Below are positions 46,872-61,000 of a stretch of DNA of 64,000 nt, piece after piece. The first letter of the stretch is position 1; each line of letters begins with the position of its first letter. The notes below the pieces were generated by a model. The model worked only from the letters and a program-made list of their open reading frames with translations, had not been told where the DNA came from and made no database searches. The position numbers and the translations under genes were made by a program. Source of the DNA: Dendrobates tinctorius. Its lineage: Eukaryota. The stretch covers positions 20,832,001-20,896,000 of the forward strand of contig NW_027361754.1 of the NCBI RefSeq assembly GCF_039654945.1, in the 5' to 3' direction.

Positions 46872-48823
46872 CAGGGTCGGCGTTAGGGGCAGGCAGACCA
46901 GGCAGCTGCCTAGGGCCCCCGCTCCTCCAGGGGCCCCCAGCCAGCGGCACATCACACAGCCACTATGGGGCCCCTGTGAGGCAGGGGGGCCCGCCTGACC
47001 CCAGCGCCGACTCCCACCGCCGCCGCATTGAAGGAGGCAGTGGTGGAAGAGAGAGCGTCACCTGATGCTCCCTCTCCCATCATTCCCCGCTCTGCCTCTG
47101 ACACAGCGGGGGTCGATGACGTCATTGCGCTCTCACTATGTGCCAGACGGAGCAGGAGGAGACAGGAGCAGCCAGCAGCGCAGGCACGAGGAGAAGGTGA
47201 GGAGTGTTTTGTTTTGTTTTTTTAAAATCATTGTGAGTACTGGGCTGTATACCTTGGTGGGCTGGGCTGTATACCATGTGGTGCTGGGGTATATACTATG
47301 CGGCTGTGTCATATACCATGGGGGGTAGATTTTACATTATATTCTATAGGGGGAGGCTGTGTTATATAATATGGGGGGCTACATTATATTCTATGGGAAG
47401 GTGGGCTGTATTATATTCTATTTGGGTCTACATTATATTCTATGGGGGACTGTATTATATTTATTATATTCGATGGGGGCTGCATTATACTATATGATGA
47501 GGGCTACATTGTATTCTATGGAGGGGCTACATTATACTATATAAGGGGCTGCATTATATCCTATGAGGGGGTTGCCATATATTCTATGGAGGGGCTGCAT
47601 TATACTATATGGGGGGTGGGGCTGCATTATATTCTATGGGGGGTTGCACTATATTCTGTGGAGTGGCTGCATTATACTCTGGGGTAGCTGCATTATTCTC
47701 TAAGGGGTGGCTGCATTATACTATAAGAGGGGGGCTGCATTATATTCTTTGGGGGTTACATTATATTGTATGGCGGGGCTGCATAATACTCTGTGGGGTG
47801 GCTGCATTATGCTCTATTGGGTGGCGGCATTATACTATATGTGGGCTGCATTATACTGTATCGAGGACTATGGGGAATACATTAAATGAAGAACTATGGG
47901 GTGCATTATGCTATGGGAAGTGAATTGTACTACATGGGTGACAATGGCGGTGCATTATACTATATGGAGTACTATGAGGAGTGTATTATACTATATGGAG
48001 GACTGAGCAGTGTATTTTAATATATGGAGGGCTATGAGGAGTGTATTTTAGTATATGGAGGACTGATGAGTGTAGTATACTATATGGAGGACTATGGGGC
48101 AGATTATATTATTTGGAGGACTATGGGGTGTAAACTGTAGATGTGCTGCTGATAACATGATACTGTACTGTGATCCGTTAGGGTGTGTGCACACGTTGTG
48201 GATTAGTCTGCGGCTTTTTCTGCAGAGAATCCATATCTCTTGGCAGAAAACGCAGGGTAAAACACATGCATTTTTCCTGCGGATTCCTAGCATGTGTACA
48301 GCGGATTTGATGCAGGTTCTAGTGTGGTTTGGCAGTGCGGATGAGAGAGAGAGATTGATTGATTTGTATGTCCCAGAACGTACACTGCAGCTGCGGTTCC
48401 GCAAAAAAGAAGTAACATGCTGCGGAAAATAAACCGCAGCTAATCTGCGCAGTATTTTCCGCAGCATGTGCACGGCGGATTTGGTTTTCCATAGGTTTTC
48501 ATGGTACTGTAAACCGCAAAGAAACTGCTGCGGATCCGCAGGACCAAATCCGCTGCGGATCCGCAGCAAAAACCGCAACGTGTGCACACACCCTTAGTGA
48601 TCCATTACTGATTGTTCTGTCCCCATCATTCTTTCTCAGATGGTGGAAAGAGGCCGGGAAACAAGTGTTGAACGACTTCTTCAATTTTGTCGATCTCATT
48701 TACCGGCCTGAACTCAGCACATGTAAATACAATCAAAATGCTTCTGTGATGAGCAATATGTTAGCATTTGGGGCCCCATTTTAAACTTTGTCTAGGGCCC
48801 CACTTTACCTAAAACCAGCCCTG
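46872..48823. mobile_element. Non-autonomous hAT element with internal degenerate minisatellite
   Basis: CAGGGTCGGCGTTAGG / CCTAAAACCAGCCCTG termini; 8-bp flanks CGTACTGG / CATACTGG; GGGGCTGCATTATACTATAT-type repeats ~47260-48130. Confidence 0.85.
48181..48593. mobile_element. Harbinger-type MITE nested in the hAT element
   Basis: TIRs GGGTGTGTGCACACGTTG / CAACGTGTGCACACACCC; TTA on both flanks. Confidence 0.88.
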
Positions 48824-49735
48824 CATACTGGTGATGAATATACCATCCTAGTTATGAATACTCTGTCCTGGTGATGAATATACCATCCTTATAATGTATA
48901 TATCATCGTGGTGATGAGTATACCGTCCTAGTGATGAGTATACCGTCCTGATAATGAATATACTGTCCTGGTGATGAATATACCATCCTTGTAATGTATA
49001 TACCATCGTGGTGATGAATATAATGTCCTGATGGTGTATATACTGATAATGAATAATGAATATACTGTCTTGGGGATGAATAAACCGTCCTGGGGATGAA
49101 TATACCGTACTGGTAATGAATATACTGTACTGGTGATGTATATACCGTCCTGGGGATGAATATACCATCCTGATAATGAATATGCCATCCTGGTGATGTA
49201 TATACCATACTGGTGATATATATACCGTCCTGGTGATGTATATACCATACTGGTGATATATATACCGTCCTGGTGATGTATATACCATACTGGTGATATA
49301 TATACCGTCCTGGTGATGTATATACCATACTGGTGATATATATACCGTCCTGGTGATGTATATACCATACTGGTGATATATATACCGTCCTGGTGATGTA
49401 TATACCATACTGGTGATATATATACCGTCCTGGTGATGTATATACCATACTGGTGATATATATACCGTCCTGGTGATGTATATACCATACTGGTGATATA
49501 TATACCGTCCTGGTGATGTATATACCTTACTGGTGATATATATACCGTCCTGGTGATGTATATACCATACTGGTGATATATATACCGTCCTGGTGATGTA
49601 TATACCATACTGGTGATATATATACCGTCCTGGTGATGTATATACCGTCCTGGTGATGTATATACCATACTGGTGATATATATACCGTCCTGGTGATGTA
49701 TATACCATACTGGTGATATATATACCGTCATATTG
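48824..49735. repeat. Distal part of the 20-bp satellite; 40-bp dimeric higher-order unit from ~49190
   Basis: Alternating CCATACTGGTGATATATATA / CCGTCCTGGTGATGTATATA. Confidence 0.95.
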
Positions 49736-49969
49736 ATGCCCTAAATGTAAATGGTGGGAGAACCTCATAAGGACAATAGCTATCTCACAGCCATATTTAT
49801 TGGACCTTCTAATGGTGAAGTAGTACGTATATGGGGCATTTACATGGTGATCAAATAACTGCTCACGTTTGGTTGTGTAGGATCCTATAACAAAACATTA
49901 CACAGGGTTTCTCAGAATTTAAGACAATGGACATGTCTTTATGTGACACGACTTTTCTCCTTCTGCAGA

Positions 49970-50173
49970 ATGTCGCATTTTGTTTCCAATCTTAAAGCAA
50001 ACGGACATGGTGAGGTATGGCTAGACATCAGACCCGAGACCAAATTCAAGCAGTACGGATGGAGGTGCACAACCAACGAGGACGCGTACTGCAACAAGAC
50101 GCTCATCGGCAACTGGAATCAGGAACGTTACGACCTGTGTAAACTAGAGCAGAGGAGACCGCCGCCATCCCAG
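49970..50173 (+). CDS. CFAP68: CFAP68 (C11orf1, UPF0686) first coding exon
   Basis: GHGEVW…KFKQYGWRCTTNE…NKTLIGNWNQERYDL…PSQ; CAG acceptor one base before the ATG; GT donor. Confidence 0.93.
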
Positions 50174-51168
50174 GTACTGATGAAGGGAGGCCAAGACCTA
50201 TGTGGAATTTCACTACTTCTCTTAAATGGTTGCTGTTGTTTCAAAAAACTTTATGTACATCCATAATACAAGCAAATCTAAGAAACTTTGTCATGTATTT
50301 TACCATAATAATCTGCTTCTTTCTTCAATTATGAGTCACTTCTTTTCCTGCCCCTGTCTTATGAACACCTTATCCACTCAGAAAAACGGCTAAAATATGT
50401 ATTATTCTAAAAACAACATTTAATGCCCGCTCAGTGACTAATCAGATTGTGGCTGCCATTTGAAGTCTATGGAGAAGGGGAGGAGCAGAGAGAACAACCA
50501 TGCTACTCCTTTAAAAAAAAAATTAAATCTGATCCTGAGTTGGATTCACAGCTACACTGCTCAGTGTTGCAGGATATTGTCCTCCATGCTGGTGCTGTTG
50601 ACTATGTGCTACACAGAGATAGAAGAGCAGGAATCCCCCTGTCTATGTGTCCTGTGTATGGCAGACACCATAACAGCTAGTATTACTATCTCAGAGAGCG
50701 ATCATGCTAATTCTTTTTTAACAAGTTTTTGTATCTGACCCTGAGCTGAATTCACATCTACACTGCTCAGTAGTGCTGTATGTTATCTTCCATGCTGCTG
50801 CTGAACATTTGTTACACAGAGATGGGGAAACAGGAATCCCTCATGTTTGTGTGCGCTGTGTATTGCAGACACCATAGCAGCTAGTCTTTACCCTCTAGCT
50901 CAGAGACAGCTGAAAATTGGAGACAGAACCTGAAGATGCTGAAAAAAAATGCAGAAATAATGCTATTCCTCAAGTTTACACAGGGCACATTCTGAAAAGT
51001 TATCAGAAATGTGAGGTACATTTGGAAAACAAAAATAAAAGTAACCAGAAGATAACTGTCCAGTATCAGCACAACGTCCTCCTCTTGGATTTTGGCCCAG
51101 GCGAAGGCGGCATGAGAAAGTAATCACAAGTTAGATCACTAATCAAACTATTTTCTTTTTTTTTTCAG

Positions 51169-51238
51169 TACGCTCATTACTATGAGACCTCGTATAACGC
51201 GGACTATCTCAGAAATGATGTTCCTGCAGAGAGACAAG
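51169..51238 (+). CDS. CFAP68: CFAP68 coding exon 2 (YAHYYETSYNADYLRNDVPAERQ)
   Basis: Poly-T CAG acceptor, GTAGG donor; resembles human FGHYFETTYD; phase consistent. Confidence 0.9.
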
Positions 51239-52036
51239 GTAGGGGACTGCACATGAGGTCCAGCCTCTTCCACCAGTTCATATCTGCGCATACTCATAAG
51301 AAGGGTTTTCTCTTATTTCCCGGAGATACAGAGCCTTTCTCAGGTTCCTACAACAATTGCCAATGAACGTCCACCCTTACATCTATGGGTCAGTGTGGCT
51401 GACAAGCAATCCAATGCAATATATGTCAGATCAAGGGACCTCCAAATTGAAGAATGCTGGTATAGTCTCAATTCCAAAAGTTGTGGTGGATAGATGTATA
51501 GACATATGGAAAAATAATAATGCAGCCCCCAGATATAGGGTTATTTAACTCCACAATACAGCGTAACAGGCAACCATCGATGTACCATCTTCCTAGGCCG
51601 ATTGTCACCCTCATGGAAAAATAGTCCTGCCATCCATGTTGGAGATGACCGTCCAGCTTATAAATTGGACTAAGGGCTCCCGTCTTTCCAGTGGTTTGTG
51701 ATTGTAAGTTGGGACTTGGAAGAGTAGAATAATAGACCCTAAGGTTAACAAGCAATCCAGGCAGGGGGTGAGTGGATACCTGTGTGCTACCCACTGTAGT
51801 GGAGAAAGACACCTGTTGAATTTACTTTTACCCATGTCCCACGGTATCTTAGTTTTATTGCATCACTGAGCAGGGAATTATAACGTTTCAGCCTCGGACA
51901 AGGCTGCGTCCACTGTAGCTGCTGCCGGGGTTATGTTTAGTAGATAGGGTAATGATGTGATGTCAACGCTGATGCCTCATCGTAAGTCATCTCCAGGCCG
52001 AGCAATAATTAGCAGCCTAGGTCTCTTGGAATATAT

Positions 52037-54010
52037 AGTAGTAATAATTTTATTTCTATAGCGACAACATATTCCACAGCACTTTACCTTAGAGGGAACT
52101 TGTACAGACAGTAAAAGACATTACAGCCTAACAATAGTCACATAAACAACAGATACCAAGAGGAAATGGGGATTAATCAAACTATCCTGAGTAGTGCATT
52201 CCAAAGAATTGGCACAGCACATGAAAAGTCTTGGAGACGGGAGTGGGAGGTTCTGATTATTGAGGATGTTAGTCTTAGGTCATTAGCAGAATGGAGGGCA
52301 CAGGTAGGGTGGTAGACTGAGACGAGGGAGGAGATGTAGGGGGTTGCACATGAGAAGTCTTGGAGACGGGAGTGGGAGGTGGTTCTGATTATTGAGGATG
52401 TTAGTCTTAGGTCATTAGCAGAACGGAGAGCCACGGGTAGGGTGGTAGACTGAGACGAGGGAGGAGATGTAGGGGGTTGCTGAACCATGGAGCGCTTTGT
52501 GGGTGAGAGTGATAAGTTTATATTGAACTGGAGTGGATGGGTAACCAGTGTAGTGACTGGCGCAGGGCAGAGGCATCGGTGTAATGGTTGGTGAGGAATA
52601 GGTGTAAGAATTCTGGACTTTCCTTTGTGCCTGTTCGCCCTGATCCAAGATGGAGTCTTGTATCTCTTCCTGCCATGGAATTCCTGTCTGTCCTGATTAT
52701 TTAAGTCCAGGTCGTGTGCTCCTCTTTGCCTGAGTATTTTGTTGCTGTTGGCTCCCGAGCTCCTGCTGTTCTGCTGGTGAACTCCCTGCTGCTGCTCTTT
52801 ACTCGGTGCTCTGCCTCTCCTCGTTCTGCTACCTACAGTGCTCTGTGCATCTCCCTGATGCTGTCTGTGTTTAACTACTGTCTGGACTGCTAGTTGGAGC
52901 TATTCACCCCTGGAACTGCGATGGACTATAAGGAATCCTGACATCATCTTCTCCTCTAGATCTGTGTTTGTGTGGGCTGCTGTGCGGGACTTACAGCTCA
53001 AAAGGTACACAGGTGACCTTCTCTTGTTAATGCCACTCCGGTATAAAGCTGGATGTCCACGTTTAAGTGCCTAGTGCATTCCCACCTTTATAATTGCTGG
53101 ACTTCTACACTTTAGTGCTGTGTGCATGCTCATTCTTAATATCGCTGGACTGTCTCATTAAATGCGGTGTGATAACTCACATACGTTCTGCTGGACTTCT
53201 ACGTTTAGTGCCTTGTACACACCTGCGTTATATTACTGTTGGACTGGTTATATTAGCGGTCACGCCCCGCTCTTCAGTTACTCTGGACATTTCTATATTG
53301 AGCTGTGCATTCGTTACTATTGCAGGAAGTGCTCTGTTCGTTTTACTTAACTTCCATCATTCCATATTGTGCTGTGTTTTCGTTACTATTGCAGGAAGTG
53401 CATTGTTAGTTTTGTTACACTTGTTAAATATACTTATTTGCATCAACTTTGGTCTCAGTGTCATGTTATCCCATGCAATCAGATTCTGTAGTACCCATAT
53501 AATTGTTACAATATGATCCTGACTGCAGCATTCAAGACAGATTGGAGGGGGGAGAGTTTGGTAAGAGGGAGACCGATTAGAAGAGAGTTACAATAGTCCA
53601 GATGAGAATGAATAAGAGAAACAGAAAGAGTTTCTGCAGAGTCAAAAGTAAGAAAAGGTTGAATTCTAGAAATGTTTTTGAGATGGAGATAACAAGAGAG
53701 CCAGTGATCGGATGTGGGGGGCGAAGGAAAGCTCGGAATCAAGTATGACCCCAAGACAGCGGGCATGTTGTTGGGGAGTAATAGTGGAACCACACACGGA
53801 AATGGCAATGTGGGCATAGTTAGTAGAGGGAGGAAACACAAGGAGTTCAGTCTTTGACAGGTTCAGTTTCAGATAGAGGGAGGACATGATGTTAGAGACA
53901 GCGGTAAGACAATCACTGGTGTTTTGTAATAATGCAGGCATGATGTTAGAAGTAGAGGTGTATAACTGAGTGTCATCGGCATAGAGATGGTACTGGAAAC
54001 CAAATCTATT
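52037..54010 (-). mobile_element. L2-type LINE 3' portion interrupted by a solo LTR
   Basis: LKLNLSKTELL, LGVILDSEL, HLDYCNSLL, YKLITLTHKAL in minus-strand ORFs; short internal tandem duplication near 52220-52460. Confidence 0.85.
52603..53510. mobile_element. Probable solo LTR, 908 bp
   Basis: TGTAAG…GTTACA termini; ATAGG/ATATG flanks; L2 sequence is collinear across it. Confidence 0.75.
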
Positions 54011-54091
54011 GATTGTTTCAGTCAGTACATATACAACACATACTGATTGATGTCTGTATGGATGTTAACTCCAGTATTCCTTTATTTTCAG

Positions 54092-54201
54092 TTTTCAGGA
54101 GAGAGCCTCATGTTTTCCCAGGACATCAACCTGAACTAAACCCACCACAATACCGGCCTCAACAAAAATCCTGCTATATGATCGACTACGGCAGCTCTTA
54201 A
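54092..54201 (+). CDS. CFAP68: CFAP68 last coding exon (FRREPHVFPGHQPELNPPQY…)
   Basis: FPGHQPEL motif; TAA stop; candidate AATAAA at 54677. Confidence 0.93.
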
Positions 54202-55245
54202 CTATAAACTCATTGTTATTCTGGAGCTAATTCTTGCTATATGTAAATGTAATTATTAACATGGATCTGTCATCAGAATTCACAGTATGAACTGTTTACA
54301 TTATTTAATCATCTCTTAAACCTGATGACACTGGTATACTTTCTTTGATAACTCATGTTAGAATCAGAATATAATTGTTTTTGAAAGATTCTTCAGCTCC
54401 TCAGTGTCCCTCCTCTCTGCTGCTGAATCTCCACTCACCTAGCAGCTTCTCTTCCCCCCTGCTGAACCTCTGCCCACTTAACCTGATTGATCGTTCCTCT
54501 GTGTCTCCCCCCCCCCCCGTGGAATCTCCTCCTTCCTGCTGAATCTCATTGAGTCTCCTCTCTCCAGCTTTATCTTGCCCACCTACTCTGATTGACAGCT
54601 CCTACGTGTCCTACCTGCTGCTGAAATCTTCTGCTGCTTAGTATAAGCTGCAGCTCCCTCACTCGATTCCTTGACTAATAAAGTGCTCATTTTAATATCA
54701 GGATTACACAGATTTTATGTCTTAAATTTTCAGTGAGTACAACAAATTCATCAGGTCTAGGATATCTATGGAAAAATGTATTGCTATGAGAAGTTCCAGG
54801 AATCCACTGGGTGAGGTGGATCATCTAAGCCCAAGGTTGGTAAGTAGAGGGACTGGAAACCATAGGTAGACAGGTGGGATGGTGGAAAGTGCAGGCACGT
54901 GGGGGATGTCAGGAAAACGCAAGCAGCCGGGGGATGTCAGGAAACCGCAGGCAGGCAGAGGATGTGGGGAAACCACAGGCAGGTGGAGTACAGGACTCAA
55001 TTCAATAAAAAGGCCCGGGTGTGAGTCTTAGAAACTCTTAAATAGGCCCTGGCAGTTCATCACATGGAGGCACACCAGGCCACCTGCACAGTCCGACATG
55101 GAGCACCAAAAAGTTCAACGGACCGGGGCAGATGTAGCACAGCCCAGACGAGGGAAACAAGGAGGAGGACGTCATCTCTAGAAGATGGGAGGCGCCTAAC
55201 GGAACCGCGACACCTATCGGACCAGACCGGACGCCCTGATAAGTC

Positions 55246-55453
55246 CTGCGGTTTATCTGCGGTTTTGCCCTGCGGTTTTACACCTCATAATGGATGAGGT
55301 GTAAAACTGCAGTGTTTCTGCATCAAACAATTGACATGCTGCGGATTGTAAACCGCGGAAAAATCCGCAGCCATGTGCACTGCGTTTTTTTATTTACATA
55401 GGAAATAAAGGTACTGTACAACGCAGCAGAATCTGCACCGTGTGCACATACCC
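55246..55453. mobile_element. Truncated Harbinger-type MITE
   Basis: Right TIR GTGTGCACATACCC followed by TTA; interior similar to 13738-13964. Confidence 0.6.
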
Positions 55454-55732
55454 TTATAGGCCAAAAATGGGTTGACAGATTCCCTTCAAATGTAATTTTA
55501 AAAATTGTTTGCTAATGTTTTTTTGTGTTATTGATGTATATGAAAAAAAAAATCTATATGAAAAAAAATCTTACAATTTTCATACTAGAAACTAGCACAA
55601 AAATTAGATGCATACTTCCTAGTGCGAACGTGGACATTAGCATCGACAAACAATCTTCTATATAGAAAACTGCGGAGCTTCTAATCTGAGTGTGCTGTAT
55701 TCTGGCAATGGTCATTGTGAAAAAAGGGGGAA

Positions 55733-56360
55733 GAGGTGAGCTCTGACATCACCTATTGTGAATGGTGGATCCTGTGTTATCTACTGTATATAGAGGTGTT
55801 ATCAGTCATTGTACAGGAGGAGGAGGGGAGCTGTGACATCACCCATTGTGAATGGTGTATCCTGTGCTATCTACTTTATATAGAGGTGTTATCATTGTAC
55901 AGGAGGGGGAGGTGAGCTGTGACATCACCTATTGAGAATAGTGATCCCGTATCTACTGTATATAGATGTGTTATCAGTCATTGTACAGGAGGAGGAGGTG
56001 AGCTGTGATATCTATTGTGAATGGTGGATCCTGTGTTACTGTATATAGAAGTGTTATCAGTCATTGTACAGGAGGAGGAGGTGAGCTGTGACATCACCTA
56101 TTGTGAATGGTGGATCCTGTGTTATCTACTGTATATAGAGGTGTTATCAGTCATTGTACAGGAGGAGGAGGAGGAGGTGAGCTGTGACATCACATATTGT
56201 GAATGGCGGATCATTTACTGTATATAGAGGTGTTATCAGTCATTGTACAGGAGGAGGAGGTGAGCTGTGACATCACCTACTGTGAATAGTGGATCCTGTG
56301 TTACTGTATATAGAGGTGTTATCAGTCATTGTACAGGAGGAGGAGGTGAGCTGTGACATA
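55733..56360. repeat. ~85-90-bp tandem repeat, about 7 copies, between the 3' ends of CFAP68 and CRYAB
   Basis: GAGGTGAGCTGTGACATCACCTATTGTGAATGGTGGATCC…TGTACAGGAGGAG units. Confidence 0.92.
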
Positions 56361-56655
56361 TCACATTCATACTTGGATTATAAATATTCTTATTCATGTT
56401 CTTTTGTTGTGTGCTGCAGTTGAGTGGGATATTAGGTTATTAAATTGCATAAAACATTCTGAGTCCCTTCTGACTTATGTAATGATTTCATCGGTAATAA
56501 TCCACTTGCAGATGCTTCTCTTTATCTTTATTCTCATTAGTAATTTGGTTTGGTCACAGGACAGCACAAATAAATACATGTAGCAGTGTAGTACGCGCGC
56601 ACTCTCTCTGGCAGGGTGGAAAGGTGTCTTCTCTAGCTGGAAATGCTGAGAGATT

Positions 56656-56859
56656 CTACTTCTTGGGAGCAGCACCGATGGCCACCTTCTCTTCACGGGT
56701 GATGGGGATGGAGCGCTCAGGAACGTCAGCCAGTTTTCTTGGTCCAATTACGGTCAGAACTCCATCTGAGGACAAGGATGAAGTGATGGAGAGAGGATCA
56801 ACATCCACAGGGATTTTATATCTACGCTGGAAGTCTCTGGAAACATAGCCGTGTTCATC
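56656..56859 (-). CDS. CRYAB: Alpha-crystallin B chain exon 3 ([14 protein letters not shown]…[11 protein letters not shown]…PKK)
   Basis: Alpha-crystallin domain end with IPI motif; minus-strand AATAAA at 56527-56532. Confidence 0.97.
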   Translation of the reverse strand, partial: DEHGYVSRDFQRRYKIPVDVDPLSITSSLSSDGVLTVIGPRKLADVPERSIPITREEKVAIGAAPKK

Positions 56860-57901
56860 CTGGGAAGTGAGAGAATAGCCAGTTGTAAGATTAATGGATA
56901 ACGTTGACGCATAGTGACCATATATATTAGATTTCAGCAAGACCTGCCATCTATTGGGGGTGTAAAAGTGGCGGTTTCACCCAATCCTGGAGCCTTGGAG
57001 GGGACCAAAAGAAGAAGACTTGCACTATTGAAGATCTGTAATATTTGGGGGCACTGTTGGACATTTTGCCTTGGGGTTCATAAGCTTCAAAGTTCAGCTG
57101 ACTTTCAAGAGGAGAAAAGAATCATGCATGTTACAAGTCAACATGCCCAATCCTTTTGTTTTTAAGGGAGATATGTATGGCATATGTCTAAGCCATGGGA
57201 ATAGCTTTAAGCTGGGAACTTGAAAATGTAAGGCCACTTTTATTTAGTCTGCTATCTGTAATTAGCAAACTTATTAACTTTCCTGGAACATCTGTAAGCC
57301 TCATGGAAAAGGGAAGAACTTCGGTCCTCCTGGAGGAATTTGCAGATCTTCCGGGAGCTTCTGAAACCTTCAGAAACCATCTCATATAGAAAGTTTCTAC
57401 TACGTGAAGCTAAGATGATCCATTATTGGGAATGGACAAAAAGGCATGATGCGTCTAGACCAAGATAAATGGGCTGGGGTCAAGGGACCTCCATACTAAG
57501 GATGGTCGTGTGCTATAGCTACCAACTGTAGACTAGTAATTCCAGAGGCATTTACCAAGCTAAATACTACAGAATTATGGATTTCATTGCACCAAAAAAC
57601 CCTGGGAAAAGTCTTGCTTCAGTTTTTTTCTGCCTCACATGACAGGTGGGTCACTTGGTGGAAAGAAGGAATTGCTTACAGAAGGACAACAAGCACCAAA
57701 TGTGGTGGCAGATCTTTATAATGGCTCCAAATGGACTCCCGGGGAAAAATGATTGACTTTTTTTGATTTGGCTAAAATTGACAGCAATAATACAGCTAAT
57801 ATACAACAAAGCTTGACGGAAATCAAAATGGAGAGTAATGTAGTGCAAGTGGCATCAAAGCCAAATAAAGAAGGGTCCAATAGGAGGATCCCAATTATTA
57901 C

Positions 57902-58024
57902 CGGACGCTCCTCGTGCTTTCCATGGATTTCAATGAAATCTCCCATCACTTTCACTTTCAGCTCTTCTGGGGAGAAATGTTTCACATCGAGGTTAACAGA
58001 AAACTTGTCCTTTTCCATTCTCAT
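57902..58024 (-). CDS. CRYAB: CRYAB exon 2 ([26 protein letters not shown]…HGKHEERP)
   Basis: Diagnostic sHSP sequence; CAG/GTAAT boundaries; 123 bp. Confidence 0.97.
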
Positions 58025-61000
58025 CTGTGGAAGACGATAGAGCGTGTCATAACTGTGGTAGAATGGATAGGCCATCACTATAGTGGTCCTAGAAAACCAC
58101 CTAAATATGGAGGTTCTCCTCCAAAATGTATCTTGACATTTGAGAACATAAAACTAAAACATATTTGAATCATACTGTACTTACCACAATGTACACCAAT
58201 ATTGAGGACATCTAAGCCAACGCCCCAACCTCCTCCCAGGAAAGCCCCTGAAAAGCCCAAGTTTCAGATATGGTTTTGCAAGACTTCATTGCTTTTACAG
58301 TCTGGTTCCCGAAAATGTACAGGATAATTGAGTCTGTTTTTAGGCATAATTTAAGTCCTGCTGTGTCTACCTGCCTGGTTACATCTCTTTGCAGGGTTGT
58401 CCAGTTGATATAATATTAAGGCTTAGACTGGAAGGAAAGAAAACGATACTCCCATTGGAGGCAGCTACTCTGTAAGTCAATGTCCGACCCTTCACTGAGC
58501 TTTGTAACATGACCAGGGATATTAGCCAAGTCAGGCATTCATTGCCTCTTTATGAGTGCAGGGTTGGCTGTCTAAATAAGATACCTTCGATTCTGCCTTA
58601 TAGGTACTCACTCTTTAAAGGGTTGTCCATTACTGGAAAACCCCTTATACCAGCGCCACTCTTCTGTACTCAGCATAACGTGACCTGCCAGACAGATTGG
58701 ATCACCATCAATACTGTTTCTTCCGCTAGGAGGCTTTAGAGCTCACGTAACGTCCCCGACAAATGTTGATCCCAACAGATCGGTAAGTGACAATGCTGTG
58801 TACGGTGGAGCACCTCTAGTCCGGCAGGTAAGTAACAGGTTTTTTTCTAATTTTTTCCCACCTCCCTGGGCCCATTAATAAGAAGTTGAGTCTTTTTTGG
58901 TAATCATCCATTCTCTCTCTCCTGGAACAAAAGGAACTTCTCTAGTGTCATCGATTTGGAAGTAGCTACCCTGAAGGGCAATGTGTTAGCCTTTCAACAT
59001 GACCAGGAACATTAGGTCATCCCTCAGATGGTTTCCTAAATAAAGTCATAAGTATAGTTCCCGTGCTGCCGCTTTGGTGGTCATGTTGGTCATTCATGGT
59101 TGCCTTGTCCCGACTATAGTCATCTGACTGCTCTAGCCGTGGTATTAGCCATGATGGTGGTGCATGACCGCTGATGTCATGTAGGTAGAACGGCACCACT
59201 GCGGGACAGCTAACGACTGGCAGGAGATGGACCAGGATAGTATTGGTATTAATGCAACCCCAGTGAAGATCCCAAATTAATACCATCTGCTTCAAGAGGA
59301 AATACAAGAACTCGAAAATAAACATGATTGCATAACTCAATCTCCCATAACATCACTGTACGACGGCTCGTGTTTCTGCATTTCATAAGGAAAACGAATT
59401 ACATGTCAAGGAGAGCTGTTGACTACATGTCTGTACTGTAAGAGGATATGTACGTATTAATAAGGGAATCTCTTTGCGCCAACTGATTTATTACTGTGGG
59501 GCAAGAATGTACAGTACTTGTGATCTCACACAGAGACCAAACCAAGACACCTTATATCATCAGTGATCTTTAGGGGAAACAATTTTGGTTTTATTTTAAA
59601 AAGTCTGAATTAGTGAAAGAGGGAAAACTGGTGAAAATACAGAATATAGCTCTAATTTTCAGATTTCTCTGAGCTAGTGCGAGGAGAGTAGCCATTCTGA
59701 TGTCTGTGTGTGATGTGTATGAGGGACATGAGGGATTTCTGTTCACTTGTTTCTATGTAGCACGTCCAGAAGCATCAGTATAGAGACCTATACAGCAGTA
59801 CTGAGCAGTGTAGCTGTGAATCCTGCTCTGAGTTGAATCCACAGGTAAAGTGGATCCTCTAAGCCTCATGTCCAAGTGAGCACACAGACCCTGGGCATTT
59901 ATGCAGCAAGCAGGAAGGCACGTGGGCAGGGAGGACTGGGCACACATAGGAATCTCAGGAGAAGGAAGACGAACAAAGTGGAATCCAGCAAGGATGAATG
60001 CAAGTTGAAAACACAGCAAGCACAAGTAATGGAGTAAACCAAACAAGGATCTACTAGAGTCTGAATCCCAAAACTCACATGTGTCTAAATGTATCTTAAA
60101 TAGGTCTAGGGAGATGATATCATTGATCCACTACGGGCTACCTGCAAAACCCAACTTCGAGCACAGCAGAGGGCAGCGAACCCAGAGGAAGGAAGTGGAG
60201 CCTGGGATACCTGGGACAGGTGTGTAACACTATGGAAAGTGAGATAAAGCACTTAATAAAAAGAAGCATCAGAGTCTGTGTATGTCTTTTTGATTTTTGT
60301 TCTGCTCTTACTATCTGCCCTCACTCTCCATAGACTTCAGTAAACAGCTGTAATCTAATCCCTCAGTGATCTGGCAGTCCATTTAGTTGTGATCATGACA
60401 GATTTTAGCACTTTAAAGCATGAAAGGCTATGCCTCCCAAGCTCATATCATATCGTGTCTTGATAATACTACAATATACGATCCAAATACTGACACCATA
60501 TAGCGTCCACGTAACAAAACGCCACATGAGCGTCACATTACAACATTGCAAGCGCTGATTGCGAATGCGGTCAGTTTGCAAGACATCATATAATGCAGCT
60601 GCAAACCTGCAAGATTTTTGGTTGCACCTTTGCCAGCTTAGACGTTACTGTAAATCACATGACTGTGATTAGGACTCCCTTGCGAATTGTCTGCAATTTA
60701 ATTTTTTTTTGAGTGTTGTATGTCCAACATCACGTACGACTCATTCCCAAAATGTGCAAAGATGCGTGACCGAAAACCTCCATCAAAACACACACACATC
60801 TTTATGGTTATGCAAACCCCATCCTAATATATGTTTTTTAAGCCAAAAGCAATACTGCCCTATAATTCCCAGCATAATACCGCCATATGCTCTTAAATAA
60901 TACTGTCGGGTTTTACGTTGCACCCCTATAGTTCCTAATAAAAATCCATTCACATACAGAAAGATACAACTGGAATATCAGATATTGTTCCTCTATCATA

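Noticed and set aside
51875-51915. Minus-strand AGCC…GGCT-GAAACGTT resembling a hammerhead remnant in a possible Penelope fragment
   Set aside because: CUGANGA core is absent and stem I is not evident; surrounding sequence too degraded to call
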